From the NCBI RefSeq assembly GCF_009914755.1, contig NC_060932.1: 64,000 nucleotides of DNA. The stretch is one strand, 5' to 3'. Each line of letters starts with the position of its first letter. The first letter of the stretch is position 1. This stretch comes from the human T2T-CHM13v2.0 reference genome, Homo sapiens. Both the position numbers and the translations under genes were made by a program. The notes under the pieces were generated by a model. It had not been told where the DNA came from, did not search any database, and saw nothing but the letters and a program-made list of their open reading frames with translations. Positions 34,420 through 63,725 of this stretch are shown here, in pieces.

Positions 34420-34527
34420 TTAGCAGAATAGGTGCACTCGTATCTTTTCATTACCAGTGAGTTTGAGAATACGCAAGAGTGACAAGGTCTTTACGCAGGT
34501 AGATCATGATCAGACGGGGTATTCTAG

Positions 34528-34902
<375 letters not shown>

Positions 34903-35270
34903 TAGCACATCCAGCACCATACATGTTGTTGACTGAATAAATATGTTCCTACCTTGCTTCTGATCCCCCACACCTACTCCCATAGGTCACAACTGCTCAG
35001 TTTCTGGGGCTGTCGTCTCTTTGTGCACACTCAGTGGAAAATAGCAGACATACAAGCTGCTGGCAGAAGGTCTAAGGACATCATTACACTGTCTTTCCCA
35101 TGCTTGTCTTTGCATGTCATGCTTTCGCATTTGTCCTTTTGCTCTGTGTCCTCATCTCCCCTTTTTCACACTGTCATGTGCCCTGGGTGGCTGCTGTCAC
35201 TCTTACTTGGGGATATTTTAGTTCCAAAGTAATGACAACAAAGGGAAGGCCAGATCACATTGTTCGCACA

Positions 35271-37250
<1,980 letters not shown>

Positions 37251-37420
37251 TATTTCAGGAGCCGACTCGCCTGCTGGACATGGAAGTTGGAGTATCCTTG
37301 GGACCAGGGTTTGCAGGGCTCTCAGATTTGTAAACTGCAGTTAGTGATTCTGCTGTGGGCTGATGGGCAGCCCTCCTTCTGCTCCATTTGTTTCAGCAGA
37401 ACATAATTTTGAAGGTCTAG

Positions 37421-37681
<261 letters not shown>

Positions 37682-39559
37682 TGATCCGCCCGCCTCGGCC
37701 TCCCAAAGTGCTGGGATTACAGGCATGAGCCATGCACCCGGCCTCGCTTTGTAGTTTATTTCAGATTTTTACATGTATATCTCAATTAACAAAGAAAAGG
37801 GGGTAATTTAATGAAAGAACACATTTTGCTGTCAACATTTCATTACTCTTATCTTCCACCATTTCCACATCAGCTATTATCAAGTAAATACAAGTGGACA
37901 TTTTTAAGTACAGTATCTTCAGAATTGTACAAATAGGAAATGAAGTTCTGAACCCTGATGTTCAGAAAACACCAAGGTGTAGCGTTTAATTGCTTTCCAA
38001 GACCCATTCATGACTTGTCTCATTTAGGCACTATTTTTTCCCCAAAGCAGATTGCGTCAACAACCATCGAGTCCCTGCTATGCAAGACATAAAACTGCTG
38101 AGATGATCCTACTAGTAACTATTTAATGAAAGAAAGATGGGAGGAAGGAAGGGAGCAAGAGAGGGAAAGAATGAGAAGATGAGTTTTGCAATAAAAGAGT
38201 CCATAATTTGGTGGTGAAGATCTATTTCAAATAGCTAGTAGATGTTATCTCTCTTTTGGTAAAATAATGACAATATGCTTATTTCCTAAGCACGTGGTTG
38301 AAAATCAATCTTTGTGCACTCTGGATCAAATAGGCATGCGAATATAAAACACCTTATGTGAGATGGATCATTTAAAATAGAGTATAAAGACAGTGAGTTT
38401 GTATTTGAAATGACAAAACAAACTTAAATCACCCTGCATGATAGCCAATTTCAACCTCTCCGCTTTTTAGCAATTTATCAACCAATCATTAAGTGAGTTA
38501 ACTCTACACCCAGGGAATGCTGATGGCAGCATTAGCCATAAATAAATAAGCTAATATGTACAATAGCTAAATGAATAGACTTTTCCTTGGTGTTTTATGG
38601 CCTGAAAAGAATGCAGCTTTTCATTAAAGGAATCATTTGAAAATGTGGAAACTGATACTGCCGCCGTTCAGTGCTCTCTGCCCATTGATAATGGCCTCTG
38701 TATTAGTTGTGGGGGTGGGAGACTGATGTCCATTTACTTTTGCAAAGATTGTTATTGAATGAAACCTTTAATGGGGGCGTTTTATGATCCCACTCAGCTA
38801 AGAGCTCAGGGTTGCCTTAGAATAGTCTTTCCCTTCACCTCGACAGCTCTTAGAGAATCAATACAGGTAATATGTCAGTTGGTGGTCAGCAGTCCTGCAA
38901 GTAGAGGTAGAGTTGAAATGGAAACTGACAGGTAGCCACTTAGAGAGAGGGCCTGGAGTAAACACTCTGAAAAGTGAAGCTTCTCCTGGGAGTGGGGAGT
39001 GTGCAGCCCTCACACTATCATCAGTGCCGGGATCCGATAGGAAGAGCTAGGAACAAAGACAAGACAGCAGGGGAAAAGCCTCTCAGAGCTGGGGGAAGGC
39101 TGTCCATTGGGGCAGTACCTTTAGAGCCCCAGGATTCATATGGTTTGTCCACTTGTAGCATCTGTCATTGGTCTAATTTTAAAAAAATTATTTTAAAATG
39201 ATTTTTTAAAATTGTGGTAAAATAGATGTAACATTTATTGTCTAAACTTTTTTTAAATTTCTTTTTTTTTGAGACAGGGTCTCACTCTGTCATCTGTCAC
39301 CCAAGCTGGTGTCCCTGTGGTACAGTCACGGCTCACTGCACCTTCGACCTCCTGGGTCCAAGTGATCCTCCCATCTCAGCCTCCCAAGTAGCTGGGACTA
39401 CAGGCACACGCCACCATACCTGGCTAATTATTTTGTATTTTGTAGAGATGGGGTTTACATGTTGCCCAGGCTAGTCTCGAACTCCTAGTCTCAAATGATC
39501 CTTCCACCTTGGCCCCCCAAAGTGCTGGGATTACAGGTGTGAGCCACTGAGGCTGGCCT

Positions 39560-39852
39560 TTTTTTTTTTTTTTTTTAATTTCACTAGTTTTGGGGAAATA
39601 GCTGGTTTTTGGTTACATGGGTAAGTTCTTTAGTGGGGATTTCTGAAATTTTGGTGCACCTGTCACCCAAGCAGTGTACAATGAACCCAAAATGTAGTCT
39701 TTTATCTCTCACCCCCCCTCCCACCCTTCTCCCCCAGTCCCCAAAATCCATTATATTAATGTCATTCTTATCCCTTTGCATCCTCATAGCTTAGCTCCCA
39801 CTTATGAATGAGAACATACAAGATTTGATTTTCCATTCCTGAGTTACTTCAC
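39560..39852 (-). mobile_element. L1PB-type 3' end inserted into an older L1MB fragment (39195-40040)
   Basis: ttttggttacatgggtaagttctttagtgg..catagcttagctcccacttatga..ttccattcctgagttacttcac. Confidence 0.8.
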
Positions 39853-41039
39853 ATTCAGTGGCATTAAGTAAATTCACATTGTTGTGTAGCCACAGCCATT
39901 ATCCAGCTCCAAAACTCTTCATCTTGCAAACCTGATTCTCTACAACCATTTAACAGTGACACCCTGCAGGCCCAGTGACCACCATTCTACTTTCTGTGAA
40001 TTTGACTACTCCAGGTACCACATATTAGTGGAATCATAGTGTTTGTCCTGTTTGGGTTGTGAGTTTAGGTTTCTCAGAGAGAATTTCCCCTATGCTGCCT
40101 TTAAGCATTTTGTGATTAATATACTGTAATTCACAGACAGATCTCTATTTTTGAGAGTCATTTTGTATTTGTTATTCAAGTAATAGTTTACAAACATCTG
40201 TTTCTTCGTATTTACTTTCTCTCCCTCTCAAATCTTGCCACATCTTGAAAAAACAATTGCATGTAAGTATCCAGCTAACTGGTGAACCAGGAGGTGCCTT
40301 TGCAATTCATAAATTGGCAATTGCAAAAGTTCCTGGCTGACAGTGTTCAAGTGTCTTCTTCCTCTTACTGGGCACTTGAGTCTGCAGGCTCAAAACCCCC
40401 AGGCAGCCAGAGCCTGGAGGGCCTTAAAGGGCCTTATATTGGAGCATTGTCTTTGCACTGGCCTTCCCAGGCCCTGCAGTCCTCCCCTTGGGCACGTGCA
40501 CAAGACTGGGATCCCATGTCACACCAGCCACATGTCACACCAGCCATAACCTAAGCTACTAGTCAACAGGAAAGATTTCAGACCCCCCTGTTATCATCAG
40601 GAATAGAGAGACCCACCTTGGACTTGCCTTGAGGGGGTTTTAGGGCTGAAGGGATTTGGTATAGTATTTAACAACTGGGAAAGAGAGACGGCCGGTTCCC
40701 TCTAAGGAGAATCCGGAACAGCAACCTTGGAAGACACCGTACACAGTTTTAATGGAAGATAGATTCAAAATCAAATTTAAGAGAATTTGGTTCTGGCACC
40801 TTTAAATCAGATAACCCGGGGGAGTGGAATTCACCTAGAGGGCTCTTCCCTAGGTCAGGTCTGCACAGCCTTGTAGCAGTAAGGTTGAGGAAACTTTTCC
40901 AAAGGAAAAAAAATCCTACTGACCCCAAAGCAAGCTTAATGGGGATAAAATGAGTGATTTTGTTTTGCAGTTTTCCCTCTGCATTCTCTGGCTGCATCTC
41001 AGTACGTGCATTGGTTAATAATGCGAACCCCACCCCCAA

Positions 41040-45110
<4,071 letters not shown>

Positions 45111-45964
45111 TGAACGCCCTTAAAAACTATGTCTGAGCAAAATATTCTGCAATCTATAATGTCAAAATCAGATCCACCAATAATAGATGGTCTAGGACAG
45201 TATTTGTGATTTTACCTGTATTATACTTGGAATGGCAGCTCCTACCAACCCCAGCCTGCCCTGTGCTTTGCCTGGGTACAAATGAGCTGTAACTTTGTGG
45301 CCAGTGTGGCCAGAACACTGAGTCTTCTGCAGGCCCATTGAGATCCCAAGCATCTATCTACTCTGATAGCTTTGTTCACTGCAACTGCCAACTTCCCCAG
45401 ATTCAGAAAGGACATCCTGAGGGCTTATTAGGAGCACCATCAATATCAGGGATGCCGCTTTACTTTTAGCCTAGTTATTTTTTCAGGGTTTTAAATGTCC
45501 CTCTTTATACATTTTTTTTTATTCTAATGAGTGGAAGGATGATACAATTATCAGATACAGACTCAGGTAGGGAAAAGAAATATAAGCAGAGAAACTACCT
45601 CAGGAGATCTCTAAATTCTATCTGTAGCTCCAGAAACAGTTCTGTATTTCCAACAATAAAATAAGAAAACTGTTTTCCACTGGTATCCATTATTCCCAGT
45701 AAGTACACCATACTGCCTGCAGTCCTCATTATAATGGTGTCTCCTAATTAATAGCTGCAGTGACTGGGAGGATAAATCAAATAAAGCAATGGTTCTTCAA
45801 TATTATGGATGTGATGTTAAACCTCAGAAATCAAATGATTTTTCCAACATTATACAATGAGGAAATGGGGGACAAATACTAGTTTGCCTGACTCCAAAAT
45901 CTGCATTCTCTATGTTATACCTTATGCTGCATCTAAAAATGTTCAGCCAGAATAAGTGTATTAG

Positions 45965-46207
<243 letters not shown>

Positions 46208-46213
46208 TAGTAG

Positions 46214-46609
<396 letters not shown>

Positions 46610-49010
46610 TGACTGTATTTCCCAAACTAAAAGTTGAATTATGTAACCCTATCAATATGACCAAAACTTTGAGTAAACAGGTATTAAATGAAATGGTCCC
46701 CAAAATTTTCTAGTTAGTATAGGATATATTATCCGTTATACGGTATTATTATTTGATTGTTCAATTACTGGCATGCATGCATTTGAATGACTGTTAGAAA
46801 ATAGCAAAAAAAATAAAATAAGAAAAAATAACCCTACCTCCCTTTGCTGCTATTCTAGGTCAAAGAATGAAGTTGTTAATTTGAATTATTCAGTGAGTGA
46901 AAAAACTGGGATCACACCAGTTTGTGATGACTTGTTTTACTATTTGATTTAAAAATAATGTTTAAACCCATAACAGTAAGAACATGTTTCGAGTAATACA
47001 TTTTGAACCAGCAGTTAAGGAAAGGCTGCCTAATTACACAATGAGCCCCCACGTCTTCGAAAGACCATTGTTCTGTCTTAATTAACATGAAGTAAATCAG
47101 TCCTAAAACAACAGGGCACATTCCCATTAGGATAAATTACTCAGACTTCAGCAAGGCAGCAAATAATTCCCTAGAGTAGAATCTGTCACTGCTTTTCCAC
47201 CTGCACTATATCTCTCTCTCAAAGGACTGGGCTAGAGCTGGGAGCCTCCCTCTGGAAGGGGCATCTGTTCCATATTGAATTTGCTCCATTTGTGGCCATG
47301 GGTGGAGGGTGCAGCAGATCCCCAGGCAGTCAGCAGAAACACAGCTGGGATGGGACAGATCCTCAGCAGCTGTGGCTGCCTTCAAAGCACTTTTATCCTG
47401 CTTATTCTGGTCTCAAATCTTCCACGTGGGTATTTCAGTCTGTTATTGCTTAACTTAATATAGGGAAGAATGGGATGGGTAGTCTCCAGAAAAATGCTAT
47501 TTTCTTTTTTTTTTTTATTTTTTTCTTTTTTTGAGATGGAGTCTCTGTCACCCAGGCTGGAGTACAGTGGCACCATCTCGGCTTACCGCAACCTGTCTCC
47601 CGGGTTCAAGCAATTCTCCTGCCTCAAGACTCCCGAGTAGCTGGGATTACAGTTGTACACCATAATGCCTGGCTAATTTTTGTATTTTTAGTAGAGATGG
47701 GGTTTTGCCATGTTAGCCAGGCTGGTCTCGAACTCCTAACCTCAGGTGATCCACCTGCTTCAGCCTCCCAAGTGCTGGGATTACAGGCATGAGCCACTGC
47801 ACCTGGCCCAGAAAAAATGCTATATTCTTAACAGGATCCATAAACCAGGCATAGAGGCTAGTTAGGAGGCTGGGCTCTGGAGCTGGGCAGACCTGGCTTT
47901 GCCTCTTAGAGGCAAATCAGCTTGCCCCACTTCTTTCATCTCTCTCAGTCTCAGTTTCCTCATCTGTAAAGTGGTAAACTCAGTGGTATCCTCTCACAGG
48001 GTTAATGCTCGATAGTTGTTGGCTATTATGATCCACGTATGAGATGAGTCTGATGTCTCTGTGCACGTTAGAGAAACCCATTCCCCGAACACTTGCATCA
48101 GCCGTAGGATACCATGCAGGGCACATTTTTCTTTTCAGTGGGCCTCTAATTACCAGCTAATTAGAAAATCCCCCCAAAATATCCTGTATATTTCATACTG
48201 TCTATTAATCAATAATGAAATCAGGTTTAAACCTACAGCAGTATCAGTATTTTTTTAGCCTTTCTTCATTTGGTTATCATATTTCTTCCCCAATTGCTTA
48301 ACATCACAGATGGTGCGACAGATAACTTCTGTGCCCTCCAAGTAACTTTGGAGCTAAACACATTAACTGGCATTTGTCATGTGGTGGGGGAGGGGTGGGA
48401 ACAAAGTGTTTAAAATTAATCAAAATAAAGATGGAATATTAATTCACGACCGAGGAGTTACAATACTAATGAAGCTCTGACTCGAATGAGTTCTTATTTA
48501 TTTATATTTATTTATTTGAGACAGGGTCTCGATCTGTCACCCAGGCTGTGCACCATCATGGCTCATGGCAGCCTCGACCTCCCAGGCTCAACTGATCCTT
48601 CCGCCTCAGTGTCCTGAGTAACTGGGACTACAGGCATGTGCCACAATACCTGGCTAGTTTTTCTTTCTTTTTTTTTTTTTTTTTTGGAGAGATAGGGTTT
48701 CAGCATGTTGCCCAAGCTCGTCTGGAACTCCTGGGCTGAACCAATCTGCCCACTTTAGCCTCCCAAAGTGCTGGGATTACAGCCATGAGCCACTGTGCCC
48801 AGCCAAATTTTTACTTTTATTTAATTTATTTATGTATATTTTAGAAGTGGGAATCTTGCTGTTTCCAGGCTAGAGTGCACTGACTATTCACAGGTGTGAT
48901 CATAGAGCACTACAGCCTCAAACTCCTGACCTCAAGGGATCCTCCTGCCTTGGCCTCCCAAGCAACTGGGACTACAGGTTTGTGCCACCACGCTTGGCTT
49001 TAAATTAATA

Positions 49011-56497
<7,487 letters not shown>

Positions 56498-56700
56498 CTT
56501 GTGAGGCCGGTGCTTCTCATGAACATGAAGAATGTGGATCCGAAGCCGGTCCCGCTTCTCAAAGGATCGTTTGCAGAGAGAACAGGGAAATTTCCTATCG
56601 CCCTTGTCCACACAGGGGGTGTACTTGAGGTGCTTATCTCTGTAATATTTGTAGGTAAATACCTTCCCACATCTTTCACATCTGTAGCCTTCTGCAGACT
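56498..56700 (-). CDS. PRDM14: PRDM14 internal coding exon (antepenultimate), zinc fingers 1-2
   Basis: Acceptor tgtttgacag|AG at 56701/56700 and donor AAG|gtgagt at 56498/56497. The 203 nt (2 nt + 67 codons) encode SAEGYRCERCGKVFTYKYYRDKHLKYTPCVDKGDRKFPCSLCKRSFEKRDRLRIHILHVHEKHRPHK, which I recognise as PRDM14. Confidence 0.96.
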
Positions 56701-56788
56701 CTGTCAAACACAGCAAACACAATGTCTCTTCAGTTACTTCCCTCCCTAGTTCCTTCAAGAGGATATTTATTTATTTATTTATTTTTAG

Positions 56789-57364
<576 letters not shown>

Positions 57365-57367
57365 TGA

Positions 57368-57496
<129 letters not shown>

Positions 57497-57790
57497 TAAT
57501 AAACCCTCATGTGCCAAACACCAAGCTTTGACCAACTCGTAACTAATTTTGTTTTCATTTATATCACCGCTCGCCATAGTAGATTATTTTAATACTAATT
57601 CATCCTTTGACTCAAAAACATCTAACCGTAATCTTTAGAAGATGACATATTTTTAAAAAGCATAATTGTGACCAGGCAAAGTGGCTCACGCCTATAATCC
57701 CAGCACTTTGGGAAGCTGAGGCAGGTGGATCACCTGAGGTCAGGGGTTCAAAACCAGCCTGGCCAACATGGTGAAATCCCGTCTGTACTA

Positions 57791-57949
<159 letters not shown>

Positions 57950-60180
57950 TCAAAAAAAAAAAAAAAAGCATAATTGTGCCAGGTGCAGTGGCTCACGCCT
58001 ATAATCCCAACACTCTGGGAAGCTGAAGTGGACAGATCGCTTGAGCCCAGGAGTTTGAGACCAGCCTGGGCAACATAGTAAGACCCCATCTCTACAAAAA
58101 AATAATAAAAATTATCTGGGCATGATAGCACACGCCTTTAGTCCCAGAGGCCGAGATGGGAGGATCACCTGAGCCTGGGGAAGTTAGTTGAGGCTGCAAT
58201 GAGCAGTGATTGAGCCACTGCACTCCAGCCTGGGCAACAGAGCAACACTTTGTCTCGAAAAAAAAAAAAACCATAACCATAATGTCATTGTCACATTGTC
58301 ATACCTAAACGATTAACTCTTATTCTTTTATAGAAACATATATGTACTTATATATGCACATTTATATACACACATATATATTTGTTTAATTACTTTCTGG
58401 TCAGTCCATTCAAATTAGGCTTCAAACAAAGTCTACATGTTGTATATGGTTGCTATGTCTCTTAAATATCTTAACCTATAGGCTCTCTTTCCCTTTTGTT
58501 CCTTGATATGTACTGTTGAAGAGACCATTCCACCAGCCCCATTTAAGGGCAGTGCAACCCTGCAGCTCTTGAACACATTCCTGCCTGGCACTTGTTACAA
58601 GGTTAATACACTGAGGCACTGAGGCCGACCTATTTCTCTTTGTGCCTTTAAGATCAGCCTGAGTTACAAGCTCAGAGCAGTCACCAGGACACCCGCAGCT
58701 CACAGTGCTGTTCTATTCTACACAATTCAAGGGACCTTCTTAGTTTATACTTCATTACTCAAAACTTGTGGCAGATTCCAGAGCTAGAATCTTTATGTAT
58801 AGAGTAAGGTTGAAAGCATCTTGACTTCCCTAATGCACAGGGTTACCGTGATGACTAATTTAATTCTAACACTTACCGAGTCTTACCAATGTGAGTGATA
58901 CTATCACTGAATGGCAGACAAGACTGAGAGGTAAATCTGTTTTTATCAATGGAGGAGGGAGGAGGAGAGAAGTTAGAGAGGGTGCAGCTAGACTCTAGCA
59001 AAGCAGGTCCCACGTCCAGGGGTGTCTATGTGTTGGGGGAAGGCGAGAGAACAGGGGCCACCTACAAAAGCATCCCTGCAGAGGACACTCTGGATCCCAG
59101 AGGATAAAGTGGCTTTGACTATGAATGCACCACAGAGATCTCATTGTTTGACCCCAGGGAGGAAGAGCAGCCAAGAGTGAGTCTATGCAAGAGTCTGCAG
59201 ATAGAAATCTTCTCAGCATCAGGACAGCAGGGAAGCTGTCCATCAGGGGCTTTGTTAGTTGACAACTACATCCCAGGCACGTTTAACAGGTGGCTAAGGA
59301 AATAAACTATTCATTAAGTAAATAACCAGGAAGGCAACTGCCAGCCCCAAGCTGATCCATCGCCCTGCTCTGTCTATCACTTTCATTGAGGTGCTAATAC
59401 TCTCAGAATCCCCGTGCTGGGACACTTTTTTGGCACAGAGGTAGAATTTTTATTGGTCAGAAATACCTGGCCTTCCTGCTTCCTGGGGTGGGAAGGGAAG
59501 AGAGGGTCAGCAATTTTACAAACCTAAGCACTAAAGCACACCAAAATTCAGAATAAAGTTTCAATACTGAGTTCGCTTAAGAACAACCACTTAGGTAGAA
59601 ATGAAACCTAATTTCATCTTGTTCCCTATCCTTCCTAATTTTATCTTGTTCCCTATCCTCCCTCCCCCTAGCTCTTCACACCTCCACACCCCAAAACACA
59701 CACCCAAATTCCCTCTCTCCCTCACAAGAGGGGAATGCTTGCATATTCAAATAACCCGCCCACATAGAGTCTAGACCCTTCCCTCACCACTCAAGACCTT
59801 AAAGAGGAAGGCTCCCACCTACCACCAATCCCCACCAAAAAGCCTTTGGGGAAAAAAACTCATTTGAGAATGCAATGGAATTTTAATTTTTCTTTCCTTT
59901 TTATCACATCCAAACCATTCATATTAACAGATTAACAAATTAACATTCATTTATAATTATTCCCAACAAATTAAGTTGTTTACAAGTTTCCCTCCATTGT
60001 CCAAAATATATGTCCTCATAATAATGCTGTAAGCATCAGGTATCACTTGGTTCAGAACTGGAACACAAGTATCTTATCTGCATGCTGGGTATCCCCTGCA
60101 CTTAACCATCATAAGCCCTCATTCTGTTGCTTGCTCTGATTGCCTCTGATATCGGCATACTATTCCATGTTAATAACAAA

Positions 60181-60793
60181 TAGGTTGAGTATCCTTTTTC
60201 TGAAATGCTTGGGACCAGAAGTGTTTTGGATTTCAGGTTTTTTTCGAACTTTGGAATATTTCATATACATAATGAGGTATCTTGGGGATGGAACCAAAGT
60301 CTAAATATAAAGTCCATTTATGTTTTGTTTTATACATACTTTATACACATAGCCTGAAGGTAATTTTTTTTTTTTTGAGACGGAATCTTGCTCGGTCTGC
60401 AACCTCCGCCCCCGGTTTCAAGCGATTATCCGGCTCCAGCCTCCTGAGTAGCTGAGATTACAGGCATCTGCCACCATGCCCAGCTAATTTGTTTGTATTT
60501 TTAGTAGAGACGGGGTTCCACCATGTTTGTCATGCTGTTCTCAAACTCCTGATCTCAGGTGATCTGCCTGCCTCGGCCTCCCAAAGCGCTGGGATTACAG
60601 GCATGAGCCACCGTGCCTGGCCCACCTGAAGGTAATTTTACACAATATTTTAAATAATTTTGTGCATGAAACAAAGTTTGTGTCAAGTACTGGTGTGTGG
60701 AAATTCCCACTTTTGGCAATATGTCAGTGCTCAGTTTCAGATTTTAGAGCATTTTGGATTTGGGATTTCTTGATTGGAGCTGCTGAGCCTGTA
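60181..60793. mobile_element. Tigger4/MER46 (Zombi)-type element with a nested Alu (~60364-60622)
   Basis: Ends aggttgagtatcc.. and ..gctgagcctgTA. The Alu is flanked by the TSD cctgaaggtaatttt. Confidence 0.8.
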
Positions 60794-60959
60794 TCATCAT
60801 TTACTTAATTATTATACTACTGAACATTTAGGTTGTTTGTGATTTTTCACTCACAAGAGTGGTGCCACAGTTAAAAATTTTCATAAGCATAGCTTTTTCC
60901 TTTTGGACTATTTCTCGATAATAGATTTCCAGAAGAGTATTACTGAGACATCAAAGTTA

Positions 60960-61238
<279 letters not shown>

Positions 61239-61846
61239 CTAGATTACACTACTGTACTCCAGTCTGGGTGACAGAGTGAGACCCTATCTCAAAAAATAAT
61301 AATGATTTCTCAAAAGGATAATAACCATCTTGCCAGTTACTAAGCAGATACTTTTCTCAAATCCATTGTTCACTTTTCTTTCTTTCATTTTTCTTTTTGA
61401 GATGGAGTCTCACTCTGTCACCCAGGCTGGAGTGCAGTGGCGCCATCTCAGCTCACTGCAACCTCTGCTCCTGGGTTCAAGCGATTCTCCTGTCTCAGCC
61501 TCCTGAGTAGCTGGGATTACAGGCATGCACCACCACACCCAGCTAATTTTTTGTATTTTAGTAGAGACGGAGTTTCACCATGTTGGCCAGGCTGGTCGTG
61601 AACTCCTGACCTCAGGTGACCCAACCACCTTGGCCTCCCAAAGTGTTGGGGTTACAGGTGTGAGCCACCACGCCCAGCCTGTTGACTTTTATTTCGAAAG
61701 GAGTTGGTACATTTCAGGAAGTGACCAACAGGTCTTGGTTTGGTGCTAAGTAGGAGACAACTTAGAGCTCCACAGATCATAGAGAATCCCAACCATTTTT
61801 GCCTCCATTCCTATCTTCACCTACATTCCCACACCCACACCACCCA

Positions 61847-61897
61847 CCAAAACACTTCTGGTCCCAGGCATTTCAGAAAAAGGATACTCAACCTGTA
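61847..61897 (-). mobile_element. Isolated Tigger4-type terminal fragment
   Basis: Reverse complement matches 60182-60229 at 47 of 48 positions and ends in cctgTA. Confidence 0.8.
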
Positions 61898-62046
61898 TGC
61901 AGATATCAGAGGCGATCAGAACAAGCAACAGAATGAGGGCTTATGATGGTTCAGTGGCGGGGGGAACCCAGCATGGACATAAGATACCTGGGGGAGTAGG
62001 AAGATAGTTCACCAAAACAATCCTGACAGCCCCTCATCATTGGGAC

Positions 62047-62128
62047 CATTATTTATCATTAGATAAATAATGACGGCTGACTGCTCATTATTTATCATTA
62101 GATAAATAATGACTGCTTATTATTTATC
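62047..62128. repeat. Duplicated AT-rich palindrome (11-bp stem, ATTA loop), 2.5 copies
   Basis: cattatttatc-atta-gataaataatg at 62047-62072 and 62086-62111, plus a half copy at 62118-62128. Confidence 0.92.
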
Positions 62129-62232
62129 CCCTAATTTCTGGACATTTCCTTGCCTTCTGCTTCACTGTTCCCTGAGCCTGATTGCCTTCCCTCTCTCCCT
62201 CTTACACGTGCCTTATTTCATCTCATCCCTAA

Positions 62233-62562
<330 letters not shown>

Positions 62563-63214
62563 TAGTAGAGAAGAGGTTTCACCGTGTTAGCCAGGATGGC
62601 TATGATCTCCTGACCTCGTGATCCGCCCGCCTCACCTCCCAAAGTGCTGGGATTACAGGCGTGGGCCACCACGCCTGGGCCATTTTTTTTAAACCTGCTC
62701 CTTACACATTTATTACATCATAATAATTTGCCTTCTCTCTCTCTCTTTTTTTTTTTTTGGAGACGGAGTCTTACTCTGTTGCCCAGGCTGGAGTGCAGTG
62801 GTGCGGTCTTGGCATATTGCAACCTCTGTCTCCTGGGTTCAAATGATTCTCCTGCCTCAGCCTCCTGAGTAGCTGGAACTACAGGTGTGTGCCACTACGC
62901 CCCGCTAATTTTTTGTATTTTTAGTAGAGACGGGTTTTCACCACGTTAGCCAGGATGGTCTTGATCTCCTGACCTGGTGATCTGCCCATTTCGGCATCCC
63001 AAAGTGCTGGGATTAGAGGCGTGAGCCACTGTGCCCGACCTGAGATGAGGTTTTACCATGTTGGCCAGGCTAGTCTTGAAGTCCTGACCTCAAGTGATCC
63101 GCCCATCTCCGCCTCCAAAAGTGCTGAGATTACAGGTGTGAGCCACAGTATCCGGCCTGCCTTCTCTCTTATTTACAGGAATTTACATTTATCTTGTCCC
63201 ACCTACTAGATTAG

Positions 63215-63725
63215 TAGTTCCTAAACTTCAGTGTATATAGAAATCACTTGGAGAGCTTATTTAACATGCAAATTCCAAAGTCTCACCCCTAGAGTGGGCT
63301 GGTGGTTCCCTCGCCCCTTGCTACTGGAATGTGGACCAGGGACCAGGACCAGCAGCACTCCCTGCAAGTTGATAAAAATACCAAATCCTGGGCCCCTACC
63401 CTGAATGAGAACCAGCATCATGAAGATCCCTGGGTATTCATTCCCACATTAAAGTTTGAGAGTGGGAGTCCAGCTCAGTATTTCTCAAACTTGCCTGAGA
63501 CCCATAGTAGGCAATGTATTTTATGCTTGACACCCACCATACCCACATATACCCATGTGAAATAGAAATTTCACAAAACAATCCTTACTCTTAAGGGATT
63601 CCCATCAATATTTTCTATTCTACTCTATACTTTTTTTTTTTTTTAATGTGGGTCTTGACCACTAAATTGATTTCCCACCCCACTAAGACATGCAACTCTG
63701 CAACCCACCATTTGAAAAACACTGC
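63215..63725. mobile_element. Cluster of hAT-Charlie remnants (MER5-like and MER119-like)
   Basis: cctaaacttcagtgt..aatcacttggagagct; cacattaaagtttgaga; ccactaaattgatttc..tttgaaaaacactg. Confidence 0.6.

Noticed and set aside
38748-38760. Possible SOX-OCT composite ATTGTTATTGAAT
   Set aside because: The octamer half is a poor match to ATGCAAAT.
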